Assembly: GCF_964204645.1 (NCBI RefSeq)
Contig: NC_134029.1
Span: 2,790,001-2,854,000, forward strand
Reading direction: 5' to 3'
Origin: Tubulanus polymorphus
Lineage: Eukaryota > Animalia > Nemertea
Length of the DNA stretch: 64,000 nt
Of this stretch, positions 52,080 to 64,000 are shown piece by piece. Position 1 is the stretch's first letter, and every line of letters begins with the position of its first letter. The notes under the pieces were generated by a model. That model saw only the letters and a program-made list of their open reading frames with translations, was not told the origin of the DNA and made no database searches. The position numbers and the translations under genes are program-made.

Positions 52080-53813
52080 CACTTTCTGCAATAAACGCAG
52101 TGGAATCGAATAAAGAACATAAATTTTCAGATTTCGATATTGGAAAAGGAAATTAGAACACACTATAATACGTGTTCGATATACAGTGAATAGAATGGAT
52201 CACTTCCGCGTGGAAATTGAGCATTGTTCGTACTGCGAGCTGCTGGGATTATTTACCTGAGTTAAACAAAATCCCGCATATTACATCGTTAAAAAACCAT
52301 AGATAATCTTTATGATTGTTTTATGAAATAAGATTTGGAAAAACACTAAATCATTAAAAGACTGGGCCTTTAAAGTCAAAAATTTCTTGTAACAGTTTCA
52401 GTCATCCAACGTCTTATATATAACAATATTTTGTATTTACTTATGTTATGTCTTATTGTAATTCGAAACATCAATGAAATATTATCATTATTATGATTAT
52501 TATACATTAATAGTATCTGTCTACACTGTTTGGTTTAATTTCTACAACAAAACATTGATTTAGTTTTTTTTTCTGAGTGAAATTTATCCCGGAATTGTGG
52601 TCACGCATGGTATTTACATCCTTTGCAATCATCACTCAAGGCTTTAGGTGATTATAGCCACTGATAGATTCACGCTCAAGAAGATGACACCAAATTATCC
52701 TTCCAGACAATTCTCTATTCTCGAGTGATGCGTGTTGTCAACCCGGAATACGTGGTCGTGGCAGCTCTAAATGTGAGCGGTCATCATTTTATGTGAGGAG
52801 ATCACGGTCACGACGAGATGTTAAAGAAACCTCCACCAGGGAGGTGAGAGAGTTCACTCCCACCTCCCTGCCTCCACAGACTATTCATGCGCAGTCTATA
52901 GATTGACCGAATTGGTCAGAATTGAACTATTCTTGTACAAACCAGTTTTGGCATATACGAAAAAAGGTCACGTTATTGGTACATGATGACGGCTATAGGC
53001 GGTTCTATCTACGAGAATTACAAAATGAAAAAGTGGGTTGCGTCCAGTTTTTAGGATACCTAAGATAAAAAATCTGTGTATTATCAAAGCGTCCTATAGG
53101 GGACATACGATAACGAATTTCCAACCAATATGTCTTTATTTCATTTCCTATTGGTAATTTCTCGGTTGAATTTTGATGTTTTTTCTCAGGCCACTACAAA
53201 TACATGAAATACGCAACAAATTCAGTAGATTCTACATTGCCAATCCATTTAATGAATTCGAAACTGATGATTAGGCGAGGTTTTCGAATGCATATTTATG
53301 ACGTTTACTCACAAATTGTCAATCTAATAAAAACGCTGAACACCGAGTCAATAATATCCAATTCTCTTAACCGTTTGCATTAAGTAAATTTAATTATACG
53401 GTACTTAATGAATGTTTATGGTTCGAGCAATCGGTGAATTTTACAACTGTGGCCCCTGTTTGACACAGATCAGTCATCTGATACAGTTTTCTATTTGTAG
53501 CAGAAACTGTCCAGGCACTGCCGGAGTCAATTCAATTTAAAAGTAATGCACAAATGAGGTTCACAGTTTATTAACTGAATAATTCAATGATAGTTTTCGA
53601 TATTTCTGTATTCTCTTGGGTTAAAACCCTGTTGAGGTGAATGCCATCAGGTTGTAAGCATCAAGCCTACAAAATGTTTTATTTATATCACTGCGTAAAA
53701 ACCCATTGATTCCAACCACTTTTGGGAATAGTTCCTTTAATCCAACTCCCAAAAGCAGATACCGTTTTGAATGCAATAAGAATAAGACCCAGAACATCTT
53801 AAGACACGGTGAA

Positions 53814-53885
53814 AATCTGCGGGCTGCTCCGTACAATAATCTGCGGGCTGCTCCGTACTACAATCTGCGGGCTGTTCCGTACAAT
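53814..53885. repeat. 24-bp minisatellite x3
   Basis: aatctgcgggctgctccgtac(aat/tac) repeated three times. Confidence 0.95.
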
Positions 53886-55089
53886 GAACCGGTGGTTTTT
53901 CGAGGAAATTTGTGAAGATAATAATAATGATAATGATAAAGATGATAAGAATAATATTCTATTTACGATTTGAATCAAAATATGAAGTAGCATAATTAGA
54001 TACAAATACAAAATGTTTAATATAAGACGATGGATTTCATAGGATGTTGTATTTATTTTCTACTTGTAGTAATCTGTTTACTTACATCTTAATGCCAGGT
54101 TTTCCATTGTAAAAAATTCATTTTTTCGAAATGCAGACAATATGATAAATCCGTATGAATCGACATTCTTATAATGTCTTCCACGAGGGCAAACTTTTAT
54201 AGTACTTGGTCCGACACAGGGCATAGATTACATGAGCGTTGGTGCGTTAAACAGATACAATTAGTTTAAACTCCCTTGCATCAAAAATAGAGTCAATGTA
54301 TATGATATTTTCAATCTGATGATCTATCGTGTTATTTACCTACAAGATGAATGCCTGTAACGTGTTACCGCGTTACAGTCAGTCAGTAATAACGTATTAT
54401 TTATCATTATTTATCGCAGATTTTTAACGAATGTCAATTAGTTTTACAGCACCTATGTTATTACGTTTGTTTGTAGCTGCTTTTTGCGCAATCTAAAAGG
54501 TTATTTTCCTAAATCCTGAACATTGATGATTCACACAAAATAACAAAACTCAGTTTGGGGAATATTTTTTTCAATCTGAAGTCAATTGATATTGAGTTAG
54601 AAAGAGGATAGAATTCAACGCCAATAGAAGATGAAAAGATTATTGTAAACATACGATGTATATTCTAAGGATACTGCTTGGTACGAACCCATCAGCTCTG
54701 TATTTGCAATATGTAATAAACTTTCTAGAAAAAATTGTCGACATCAAATATTTTTACCTTAAATGTCCGTATGTCGGTTGTTTCTGTAACGGCTGCTTTT
54801 CTCGTCCAGCGCAGACTGACTGCCTGAAGCTGCAGAGGTCCCGTTTCACCAGCAGCCTGAGCTGCAATATTCCTAGTGTTATATGCTTTTTCGAATTCGC
54901 TGACTGGATAGATACAGTTTCTGTCGATAAATCTAAGGTTTATCTTACGTCTCGCTTAACAGGACACATTCGCGACAAATTAGAAAGGCAATCGTGATAG
55001 TTTAAAGACCTCCACTCGGCTGTTGCTCTCGGAAACTATCGTATAATTAGAAACGGTGGTCTGGGTAGCAAATATACTAGATACCAGAC

Positions 55090-55286
<197 letters not shown>

Positions 55287-56516
55287 TGTTTATATCAGGT
55301 ATATATACCTGATATAAACAGTGATATTCCTATTTATGTATTTATGTGGCAGCTTTTATCCAATTCAATATTCTAGTGTGTGGTAGGATGATTTCTGCAA
55401 CAATGTAAAAATCAGATAATTCAATCGAGTAAATCGAACAGGTTACTCCGTCTTGATGGCAAAAAAAAAATTATTTATTTATACTAAACTATTTTCCCGA
55501 TGGATTTGGACTTAATCGGCTTAGCCCCAGAATCGGCTGATGTCACTAGTCTAAGTATAAAACGAAGAGTTTTAATCTAATTGTTGAATTAATTTGATTT
55601 GAATGAGACGGTCGCCTTATCATAATTTTGTTGGATCGTTGAAGTCATTTAGAATAAGAAGGAGGTTGGTCACAATTCTAATAAGTTTTAGTTAAAGGCG
55701 ATGAGAATGATGCGAAGGTTGGTTGGGACTTGGGTCTCTACCACTTTGGGAATGAAACAAGTCCTCGTGATAAAGTTTTTCGACCGATCCCATTAATATT
55801 GAACACTATCAGTTTACAATATGTTTCATATGCATGAAATACAATAATGCCGATTGCATTAACAAACTCTCAATTGGCAGATGTTCTGGATTACTAGAAA
55901 TGTCTAACGGAGCATGTGACATGTGAGGGACGTCGATGCCTATGTTGTTAAGTACTCCCCGATATGAATAACGATTTTTCAATATTATTAGTTATTGTTT
56001 CTTCAATCGGAGCATGATCAAAGTATCGCGTTGTTTCATTTTCGAGCACACTCAATCAACGCATATATGATTAATACTATCAAGAGGAAATCTGTCATCG
56101 ATCGCCTATTCGAATATAAACTCGTAGTTTTATCGCTTGTTTTGAATATCTCCATCACAACTCGTTACGGCATCGCCGAACCTCGGCTCTCGTATTATTG
56201 AAAATCGAGCACGTAAGTTTTTATTTCACAAATTTTTGTTGACGAATTAATACTATAACAATAGACTGCGTCTTATCACTAGGACCGTAAATATTTTGTC
56301 GGCTTTTGGCAGAATACTGAATTGATAACTGAAAGTTTTCGGAAAGAAATCTTCGTGAAATTAGCGGCTCGAGTCGTTTAACCGAGCAGCAAGTCTGCAC
56401 ATTTTTTCCTCGTGTTTGTAAATGATACTTTGTCGGTAAATCATCTATTGTTAGCTTAAATTCGAATTGATCTATGTTTTGATCTTTTGACATGCCCTCA
56501 GTTTGTAGATACCGCT

Positions 56517-56720
56517 ATGAAAGTTACGGTGGTATTAATATTGGTGTTGACCATATTTGGTCATTGTTTTGCAAATCCGTGCAATTCTGTGGACCCAACC
56601 GTGGCGAGTAACTGCTATATATGTGCAACCAACAATTGTCTAGAAGGCGCAAGCACCACCGAAGATTGCTGCATGGACCCACCACGACATCTAGGCTACT
56701 GCACGTGCTTACCATCGTGA
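56517..56720 (+). CDS. Small secreted cysteine-rich peptide precursor (67 aa; 8 Cys in the predicted mature part)
   Basis: MKVTVVLILVLTIFGHCFA signal peptide followed by NPCNSVDPTVASNCYICATNNCLEGASTTEDCCMDPPRHLGYCTCLPS*. Acceptor just upstream (ctcag ending 56501), donor gtaagt at 56213, TATAAA at 56115. Confidence 0.75.
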   Translation: MKVTVVLILVLTIFGHCFANPCNSVDPTVASNCYICATNNCLEGASTTEDCCMDPPRHLGYCTCLPS

Positions 56721-57309
56721 AGAACAAGAAAATATAAAACATCAATTCGCGTTCGTCAATTAAGAATTTATTTATCATTTTATCCATAAAAGCGTTGACG
56801 TTCTCAACTTTATTTCACGCGACAAAATGGTGTGTTCTCTTTTCATTGATAGGTTTGAGGAAATAATTATATCAATTAGCAACATATCAAGCTTTTAAGG
56901 GATCAGAAAGAGTGAAAACGGTCGTAGGGAGACGACCGTAGCACAACAGCGAAACTAGCAACATTCATGAAAAGCCTAAAACTGGTAAAATTCGTACTCA
57001 TTTTCCACCTCTCTCAATCGTTTAACCTTTATGAGTTATCATTTCACCGAACAATGATCTTTTTGAAACCAGTTCTCTCTGACTCTCTGACTTTGTGACA
57101 GTGAATCCTGTATGTAACCAACGTGCGCGAATGTTTGTATAAAAACAAACAATCTTTTTCAAGATCTAATATCATAAACAACAAAACACAACTTCGAATG
57201 TGAAACTATCTATCAAAACATCGTTTACAGTGCAAATATTTGTGCTACTAGTAACAGTTATTCCCATTGACATAGGAACTGCAGCAGAATGGAACATCTT
57301 AGATGTTCA

Positions 57310-58946
57310 CTAACTGACCACTGCGTCGAGAGAGTACGTTCTAATAGTATTCGGTAAAAATTCATAAACTTGTCCAACAACTAGCTGATCGTGATGAAGA
57401 TCTGTTACTAGGCTTCTAATACCGAAACTGAAAATATACATAGAGAACAAATTAATAGGAGACTGTGGCTATCGAGGAACCGCTGGGTGGCTCTGGCGTG
57501 ATGTTCGAGTTGGCGTCGATGACGTATTCAATCTTCTAGCTTTTTTTTACACGAATAAGATACCGCAAAAACTTAGAACGTGAAAACAATAGACTCAAAC
57601 TTCTGAAGAAATGTCTTTTTCATCAAGGTCATCTAGCGTCATCGTTATGCGTCGTTATACGATGATAGTTGAAAGATAATACGTGATGTTCTTATTGTTA
57701 CTTGATTTTGAATATTTTATAGCCTTTAATTCCTTCTTGATATCGACTAACGTTTAATCGATATCTCTTATCTCTTATATAAAGCGGTATTTTCAGATGA
57801 GTTGGATATTGAAAAACGTAGTCAATTTCACACGGTGAATTGTGGAAGACAATACTGCATTCATTGCTAAGACGATGAACGTCGAGTTGTCATCAATAAC
57901 ATTGCTGAGCGAATGAATAATGCGTTAAGTGTTTCTCAATTGCATTAATAGTTTAAAGCGATTTGTCATCCTCATTCTGCAGGGATTCGAACCTGATGGC
58001 ATAGAGACTCGTCCCGGCAATAATGCCGTGTGCATACCACAACAATAGAACATTTTGATAAAACAATTCCTGGATCGATTGATTTCTCCTGGTATTTTTT
58101 AATTTTTTTCAATTGCGCACTCGACAAAGGTTATTCAAAAAGAAGGCGGGTGTCTCAGCCGAATTGCTGATGAATACAACGAGTTTTGATGGACTTACCC
58201 ACTATCGAATTTTAATCTGAAATGTGTGTTCAATCCACTTCCTGTATTCATCCCGTCTAAACCTATGACGTCACCAGTTTGAACCTCTATTTGTTCACCT
58301 TGCGGTACATTATACGTTACTGCTCCGACCGGTCCAGGAGGTAAAACATTAAACCCAATCAGTTTGTAGAAATCCACAACCGGGGTTGGTCTCCAAACGC
58401 TCACCCCAACTGTGGCACCAGAAGGTGCTGAATTCTCACGATAAAACTGCCATTGTGTTAGTTTCCCGTCGCACGAGAACGGACTCTCAATGATAGCGGT
58501 TTTAGTACCGTGACCTTGATTGCGTGTTACCATATTACTCCATCCATTTATACAACCAACAGGAGCTACATTTTCAAATAACAAATTTCAAAAGTTACAC
58601 CAGGCAAAAAATCAGGTTGAAAGTTTGAACTAAAATTGCCTTTCAGCGAAACGGTTAAAAACTTACTTTTGAGATATATTTGTCGATTTCCCGCGGGATT
58701 ATGTTGAGTATTTGAATACAACTCGCATATCCCAGACGGGGTTAGATTGAAACCGTTGCAAATGCCACTATCTTCCTCTCTACACAGAAGGCTACATTTG
58801 ACTTCGCTGGTTTGACACATGTTAACCTGTTTATAGGGCACAGCGCTTACTCTCACAGTCCGTAACTCAAATTCCATGGTTGTTTCTGAAACCGATTGCT
58901 CCAAGATTCCGCACCAGATGAAAATGAACAAATAATGAAGAGCCAT
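57310..58946 (-). CDS. Secreted protein with a PAN/apple-like domain and an uncharacterised beta-rich domain. Exons 58667-58946, 58199-58565, 57310-57427
   Basis: Signal peptide; PAN-like CSLLC...CNGFN...CELY; second domain FSCDGKLTQWQFY...VWRP...YKLIGFN...IEVQTGDVIG...RTYSLDAVV*. Phase 1 and phase 2 introns join into one open frame. Confidence 0.8.
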
Positions 58947-59488
58947 CTTATCTTATCGCTGCTTTCGTTTAGCTGAAACGGATTCGGCTAGATCGTATTC
59001 AAGTTTTACGAATGCAATTTTGTTTCTCACTGCCACAGCTGTCTTATCTCCATTCAAACCTCGCTTTGATTCGTCTATCGTAAATGATGTTCATCGAAAC
59101 TTGATATCCTCGATTCCTTAATAGCAATAATCCACCATAAATGAGTGCGTGAGTTAAGTGTGAACTCAGAGCGGGACACGGCTCTATAAGAAACAGGGTT
59201 CGGTCGTTACTGCAACGTCTAAACGAGTCGACCGATTGTCCTGATTGCACGCGTTTGCTCGACTTGGGAATCTTCGATTTCCGATATCCCTCTATTTGAA
59301 TTGCCTTACGGCACAATAGAGTAACCTGACGGCGTCGTCTCTCCTACCGAGTCAACACAAACATACCGGATATGGCCTTCATCGTACAGAACAACCGACT
59401 TAGTTTTCTACATTTTTGAAGTTGATATAATATATCAAGATTGATAAAACACTACATATCCATGTTGTGACGATAATGTAGAGTTAAA

Positions 59489-59580
59489 TGACTATTAGAA
59501 CATAGTCGGAACGTCGAATAAACTACTATCTTCAGTTACATTTTCGGACTGTTTTTCGTTATTATTGTGGGATTCTCTCT
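59489..59580 (+). mobile_element. Copy of the Penelope-like repeat
   Basis: tgactattagaacatagtcggaacgtcgaataaactactatc...ttttcggact...attgtgggattctctc, closely matching 6404-6493. Confidence 0.6.
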
Positions 59581-60201
59581 AGAATATCATCAAAGGTTGT
59601 AAAGCTTAATTCAGGGTTTATTTACTGTATATGCGTACGTATTAGTCACCAGAAATACAGCACAAAAGCCAAGATGTATAACTTACAAATACAACGGACT
59701 TTATTGAATTTTCAAATCGTAATATAAATTATAAACATTCAAATGAACCATTACATTTTGGATCTTGGAGCGTAGCAGTTATATTTTTTTCTAACAAAGG
59801 GTATCTTGATAAAATATACGGACCTCTCTGCATGCACCAGGTTATAATATACAATACCGGTAATCGAAATCAAGAAACGCAACCCCTGACGGGCTGATTT
59901 CACGTGGTTAGGGTTAAACCGTCAACTGCACAGCAAGATTTCTTCTACCGCGCGAGAGTAATGTAAAAACAAACGAAAGGAAACGACTACAGTGAATAAC
60001 GAACTCGGATACAACGATTCATCTGATATAACAAATATAGAATTTTGTCCCAAGCAAGAAACTTTAATTAATTTCCGATCAGTTATAACGAACATATTTT
60101 CGGGTCTCGTGAAGTTCGTTGTAACGAGGTTCCACTGTACAATCACTTGAATATTAGGAATATAGAGTGTCATTGAGTGTCGATCCGTTTAGATTTATGG
60201 T

Positions 60202-62267
60202 TCAACTTGCAGTCGGTAGTTGATCCGGTGAATCATCAGTTGGTATTTCATCTGAAGTGAATCAAAACAAACCGATTCCATTGATACCTCCGTATTTACA
60301 TTTCATTCGGAATTTAACTAAGAGTGATGGAACAAATTTCTGACCGATTCATCGCATGGTTTAAACTATTATCATAGCCTTATTTAGATGTTTGAATTAT
60401 TAGTATCTGGGATTTTTATCGACAACATACCGTTACATTTATATTCTAAGTCGGACCAGATAACCTGCTGTTGGGAGAAACAGAAAACTCCCAGACGACC
60501 TCCACGTAATGTGGTATCATAGATATTACCAGTATCTGCGACTAACTCAGAGTTTTCATACAAGAGCAATCTACGCAAAAGAATCAAACAGATAGAATTA
60601 AACAAAAGTCTGTCATAAATGTCTCTCAATAACTCCAAACGGTCATAATTCAGCTGTGGTTAATTCAACCGACCTGATCAGACCTATGTTCGGTCGGTGT
60701 TTTAGTTGCCAGCGGTAAGCTGTTTTATCCCTCCAGCCAACATTACGGGGGTCTTTCCACAATAATTTAACCTGTAATTTATGAATAGTGAAATGCGTAA
60801 ATAAAAGAAACCCCTCGGCGACAATTGTCATCGATAAACGTTTGAATACAGACGAATGACTCCGATCAATTATTAAGCATTAGAAGTTGTTGAAGTGGAA
60901 GTTTAAGAGAACTCATTATTTACCTGATCCGGTGTATTTCCCGTGTGCCACAGTGAATTTCTCAACATTTCTCCGGGGCCGGTATTTGAGTAAACAGCTT
61001 TCAACTGTAAACCAGGCTCAGCTACAGCCCTACACCAAATAACCAGTACCATAGATATCAAGAGATTGGCTTAGAATCAATTTTAAGTATGATTTCGATT
61101 GAAAGTTCTACCAAAGATTCTGCCTTTTTCTACGATAAAGGAATTTAGCTTCCAGTGATTTCGATTCTGAATCGTTCAAACACTTTTTGAACAAGTGGAC
61201 CCCATATTCCAACTAATTATTAGGGTTAGTTAACAGGGGAATAGTGTTAACTAATCTTATTTTATTCCTACCTGAAAGGTGTCGCCTGCCAGTATGTCTG
61301 CCCTTTCTTTTTCCACATAACCACGTAGAACTTGGAGCTATCTTGATAGCTAAATATGAATCCAGCGTAATCATCATCAACTAGAGTATTTACAAAAAAC
61401 GTCCCGCTGAAGTCAACGCCACCAAAATACGTGTATCCTACAAAACAATAATAAATTCAAAGCGTTCATTATGAGTATGTTATTTCTGTTCCAAACCATA
61501 ATTGATGTGCTCGAGACCTTGCTATCTAACATAGATTATTACCGATTGCTAATCCGGGATCGCTGTTGATGACTTCGAATATCTCGGCACCCTAAAAAAA
61601 TTAAAACAATAAAGTTCCCCAGGTGTCGCTAGTAGTTAGTAGGTTACCACGCTTCAATTTCTCGTGTATTTCACTCGTTACTCGTCATTAATTTGTTCAG
61701 TTTGTTGAAGTGAAAATCTATACTATACAAGTAGAAAGAATGTGAATCTTACATCTGTTCGATGACTTGTTTGATAGTATTCTGATTTTAAAGCCCAAAA
61801 ATCCAGTTCACATTTTCATTGAAAATTAACCTCACTACTAATAACGCGTGGTAGAGTTGAACCAGGGATAGAATAATATATGGATCCTAAGGCTAGACGA
61901 ATTTTGATCGAAATGATCCTGCCCGCGTAACGTAGGCCTACCTCGTGTTGTATCTTCCACACGGGGTCGATTTGTGCAGTTCCCTCCGGATCTAAGTTCA
62001 CAGTTTGATAGTGTGTGAAATCGGTAGAATTAACTCGGTTATCTTCGGGACAAACGTCAATTTTATCATCGAAACCATCACCATCAAAATCATTCTCGCA
62101 GACGTCTCCGAGTCCATTCTCTGCATGAATCAGAACATATGCACAACAATGTATAGATACTTAGTAAATATGGAAAAATTAAAACATTCTTAGGAAATGA
62201 TGTATAACGTTTGATGGGTTTAGATCATGTTGGTAGGAGTCAGCCAGTCAGCCAAACCAGCCAGTCA

Positions 62268-62351
<84 letters not shown>

Positions 62352-63739
62352 CTATTTTTTATTTCGAACGTTCTCCTCTTGCCGAACCTACCTATAATTT
62401 ACTCTACCTCTTGCTCAATAGATGATTGGAAGAACGATGTCTGACGTTCTACTCATGAAATTATATCATCAGTAGCAATGATAGAATCCTGCACTTACTG
62501 TCGGTATCTCTTTGATCTATGTTTGGTATAAGGTAACAGTTATCATCCGCGTCAACGATTCCATCGTCATCGTCATCTTCATCACACGCATCACCTTTGA
62601 TAGTCGAAGATACAGAGATTACAGCGATTGAACAGATAAAATTGATAAAACATCAAATGTGTCAAGATCAATCAGCACAGTCACTGTACCTATTCCGTCA
62701 CCGTCCGTATCTCTCTGATCTGCGTTTGCTTTTGATGGACAGTTGTCCAGATTATTTTGACGGCCATCACCGTCGCTGAAAAAAAATGAATTTCATTCAC
62801 GGTGAGATGAAATGAGCAAAATAACAGCATTTTGTAGACAGGTATGCAGCCAGGAATTGACACGAGCAGCAGTTTTATATTCCAAATAGGAAAACTTTCC
62901 TTTGTATGAAAAAATGAATATTCTTTGAGTCCTAATGCTGGCTCATCAATGGAACTAAAACTAAGCCGTTCTTTAGGATTCGAGCCTAGAACGCAGAAAA
63001 TGTTGGAATAAGCTCCAACGGCTGCTCTTCCGACGAGAAATAAGCGAAATTTCCATGGTTTGCACCTGGAACCAATGAACTAACCACTAGACAACCGGAA
63101 ATATAGTGTAATGGGATATTTGAAAGGTGGAAGACACCACTGGTTGCCAGTCAGGTGTGGTGAGACCTGTCAGGCTCAGTGATTGTCATCCACTGGCGAT
63201 AACTCCTCTTCGATTAAAAGATATTCTTTATGAATTAGAATTTTACAGAACTATTAAATACACTACGCACTCATCTATGTTCAGGTCACAAACATCTCCG
63301 ATAAAATCATGATCGACATCTGCTTGTGTGGGATTCTGAATAGTCGGACAGTTATCACAGGCATCACCGATACCATCCGAATCTGTATCATTCTGATCTG
63401 TATTCGATATCAGTTTACAATTATCAGCCGTATTAATTATTCCTATAAAATAATATATGAAAAAGCCACTCGTAAAGAACTATCGTAGTAGATAAGTTGG
63501 TATTTCATTCATATAGAATGCATATCGCAGATGGTCGACAATTTTGCCAGCGACTCTGAAAGAGTCTTACCGTCGTTATCAGCATCAATATCACAGGCGT
63601 CTCCTATACCATCAGAATCCGTGTCAGTTTGATCGGCGTTAGGAACTGTAGGACAGTTGTCACATTTATCACCTATTCCATCAGTACTGCTCGGTTCACT
63701 GTCAGCTTGATCGAAATTTGCAACTAGTGGACAATTATC
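60202..63739 (-). CDS. Thrombospondin/COMP family protein, 3' part (type 3 repeats + C-terminal lectin-like domain); 5' exons lie beyond the window
   Basis: DNCPxxxNxDQxDxDxDGxGDACD repeats; [66 protein letters not shown]; last exon 60202-60251. Confidence 0.93.
62240..62351. repeat. (GCCA)n microsatellite in a thrombospondin intron
   Basis: Read directly. Confidence 0.98.
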
Positions 63740-64000
63740 CTAAAATACAAAGTGTAGTGACCGGTAATAGCTATCGTAATATATTATACTCAGGCCTTCT
63801 GCGTAAGACGCACAATAATATCAAGGGTGTTGCCTAAAAGCTAAGCCAAACTAAATTTTTCCTGAAATCTTCAGCGCAATAAAGACATCATATTGAAATA
63901 ATCAGTTCGATCTGAAGCGTCTAGAAAAATTTTCATCTTACTGGGTGACTATGTATTGATAACGCATGACTTAATACGAAGCGATTTGGGAAGAATGAAG

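Noticed and set aside
53814-53885. Short direct repeats as a possible CRISPR array
   Set aside because: Contiguous 24-bp units without unique spacers, eukaryotic context, no cas genes.
57138-57313. TATA box followed by a signal-peptide-like frame on + (VKLSIKTSFTVQIFVLLV...)
   Set aside because: No in-frame ATG, an early stop, and it is the 3' UTR region of the minus-strand PAN gene.
62211-62444. ORF with (QPAS)n
   Set aside because: Translation of an intronic (GCCA)n microsatellite, antisense to thrombospondin.

Overview
AT-rich eukaryotic (invertebrate animal, probably lophotrochozoan) genomic DNA with GT-AG spliced genes; no prokaryotic features. In order: about 12 kb of non-coding, homeodomain-site-rich DNA upstream of a complete SKOR/CORL-type SKI-family corepressor gene (+); an LRRC74-like LRR + EF-hand gene (+); five intact tandem SLC22-family transporter genes (+) with mosaic introns and pseudo-exon remnants; a GlyR-like Cys-loop chloride channel gene (-); a 67-aa secreted 8-Cys peptide gene (+); a secreted PAN + uncharacterised-domain gene (-); and the 3' half of a thrombospondin/COMP gene (-) running off the window. 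Repeats include a palindromic Penelope-like family with minimal hammerhead-ribozyme motifs, a Harbinger-like MITE nested in a tandem tRNA-SINE-like duplication, and microsatellites. The most notable items are the SLC22 array lacking the canonical TM11 Asp/Arg charge residue, the orphan Cys-rich peptide and the hammerhead-like repeats. Exon models were read by eye; no database searches were run.
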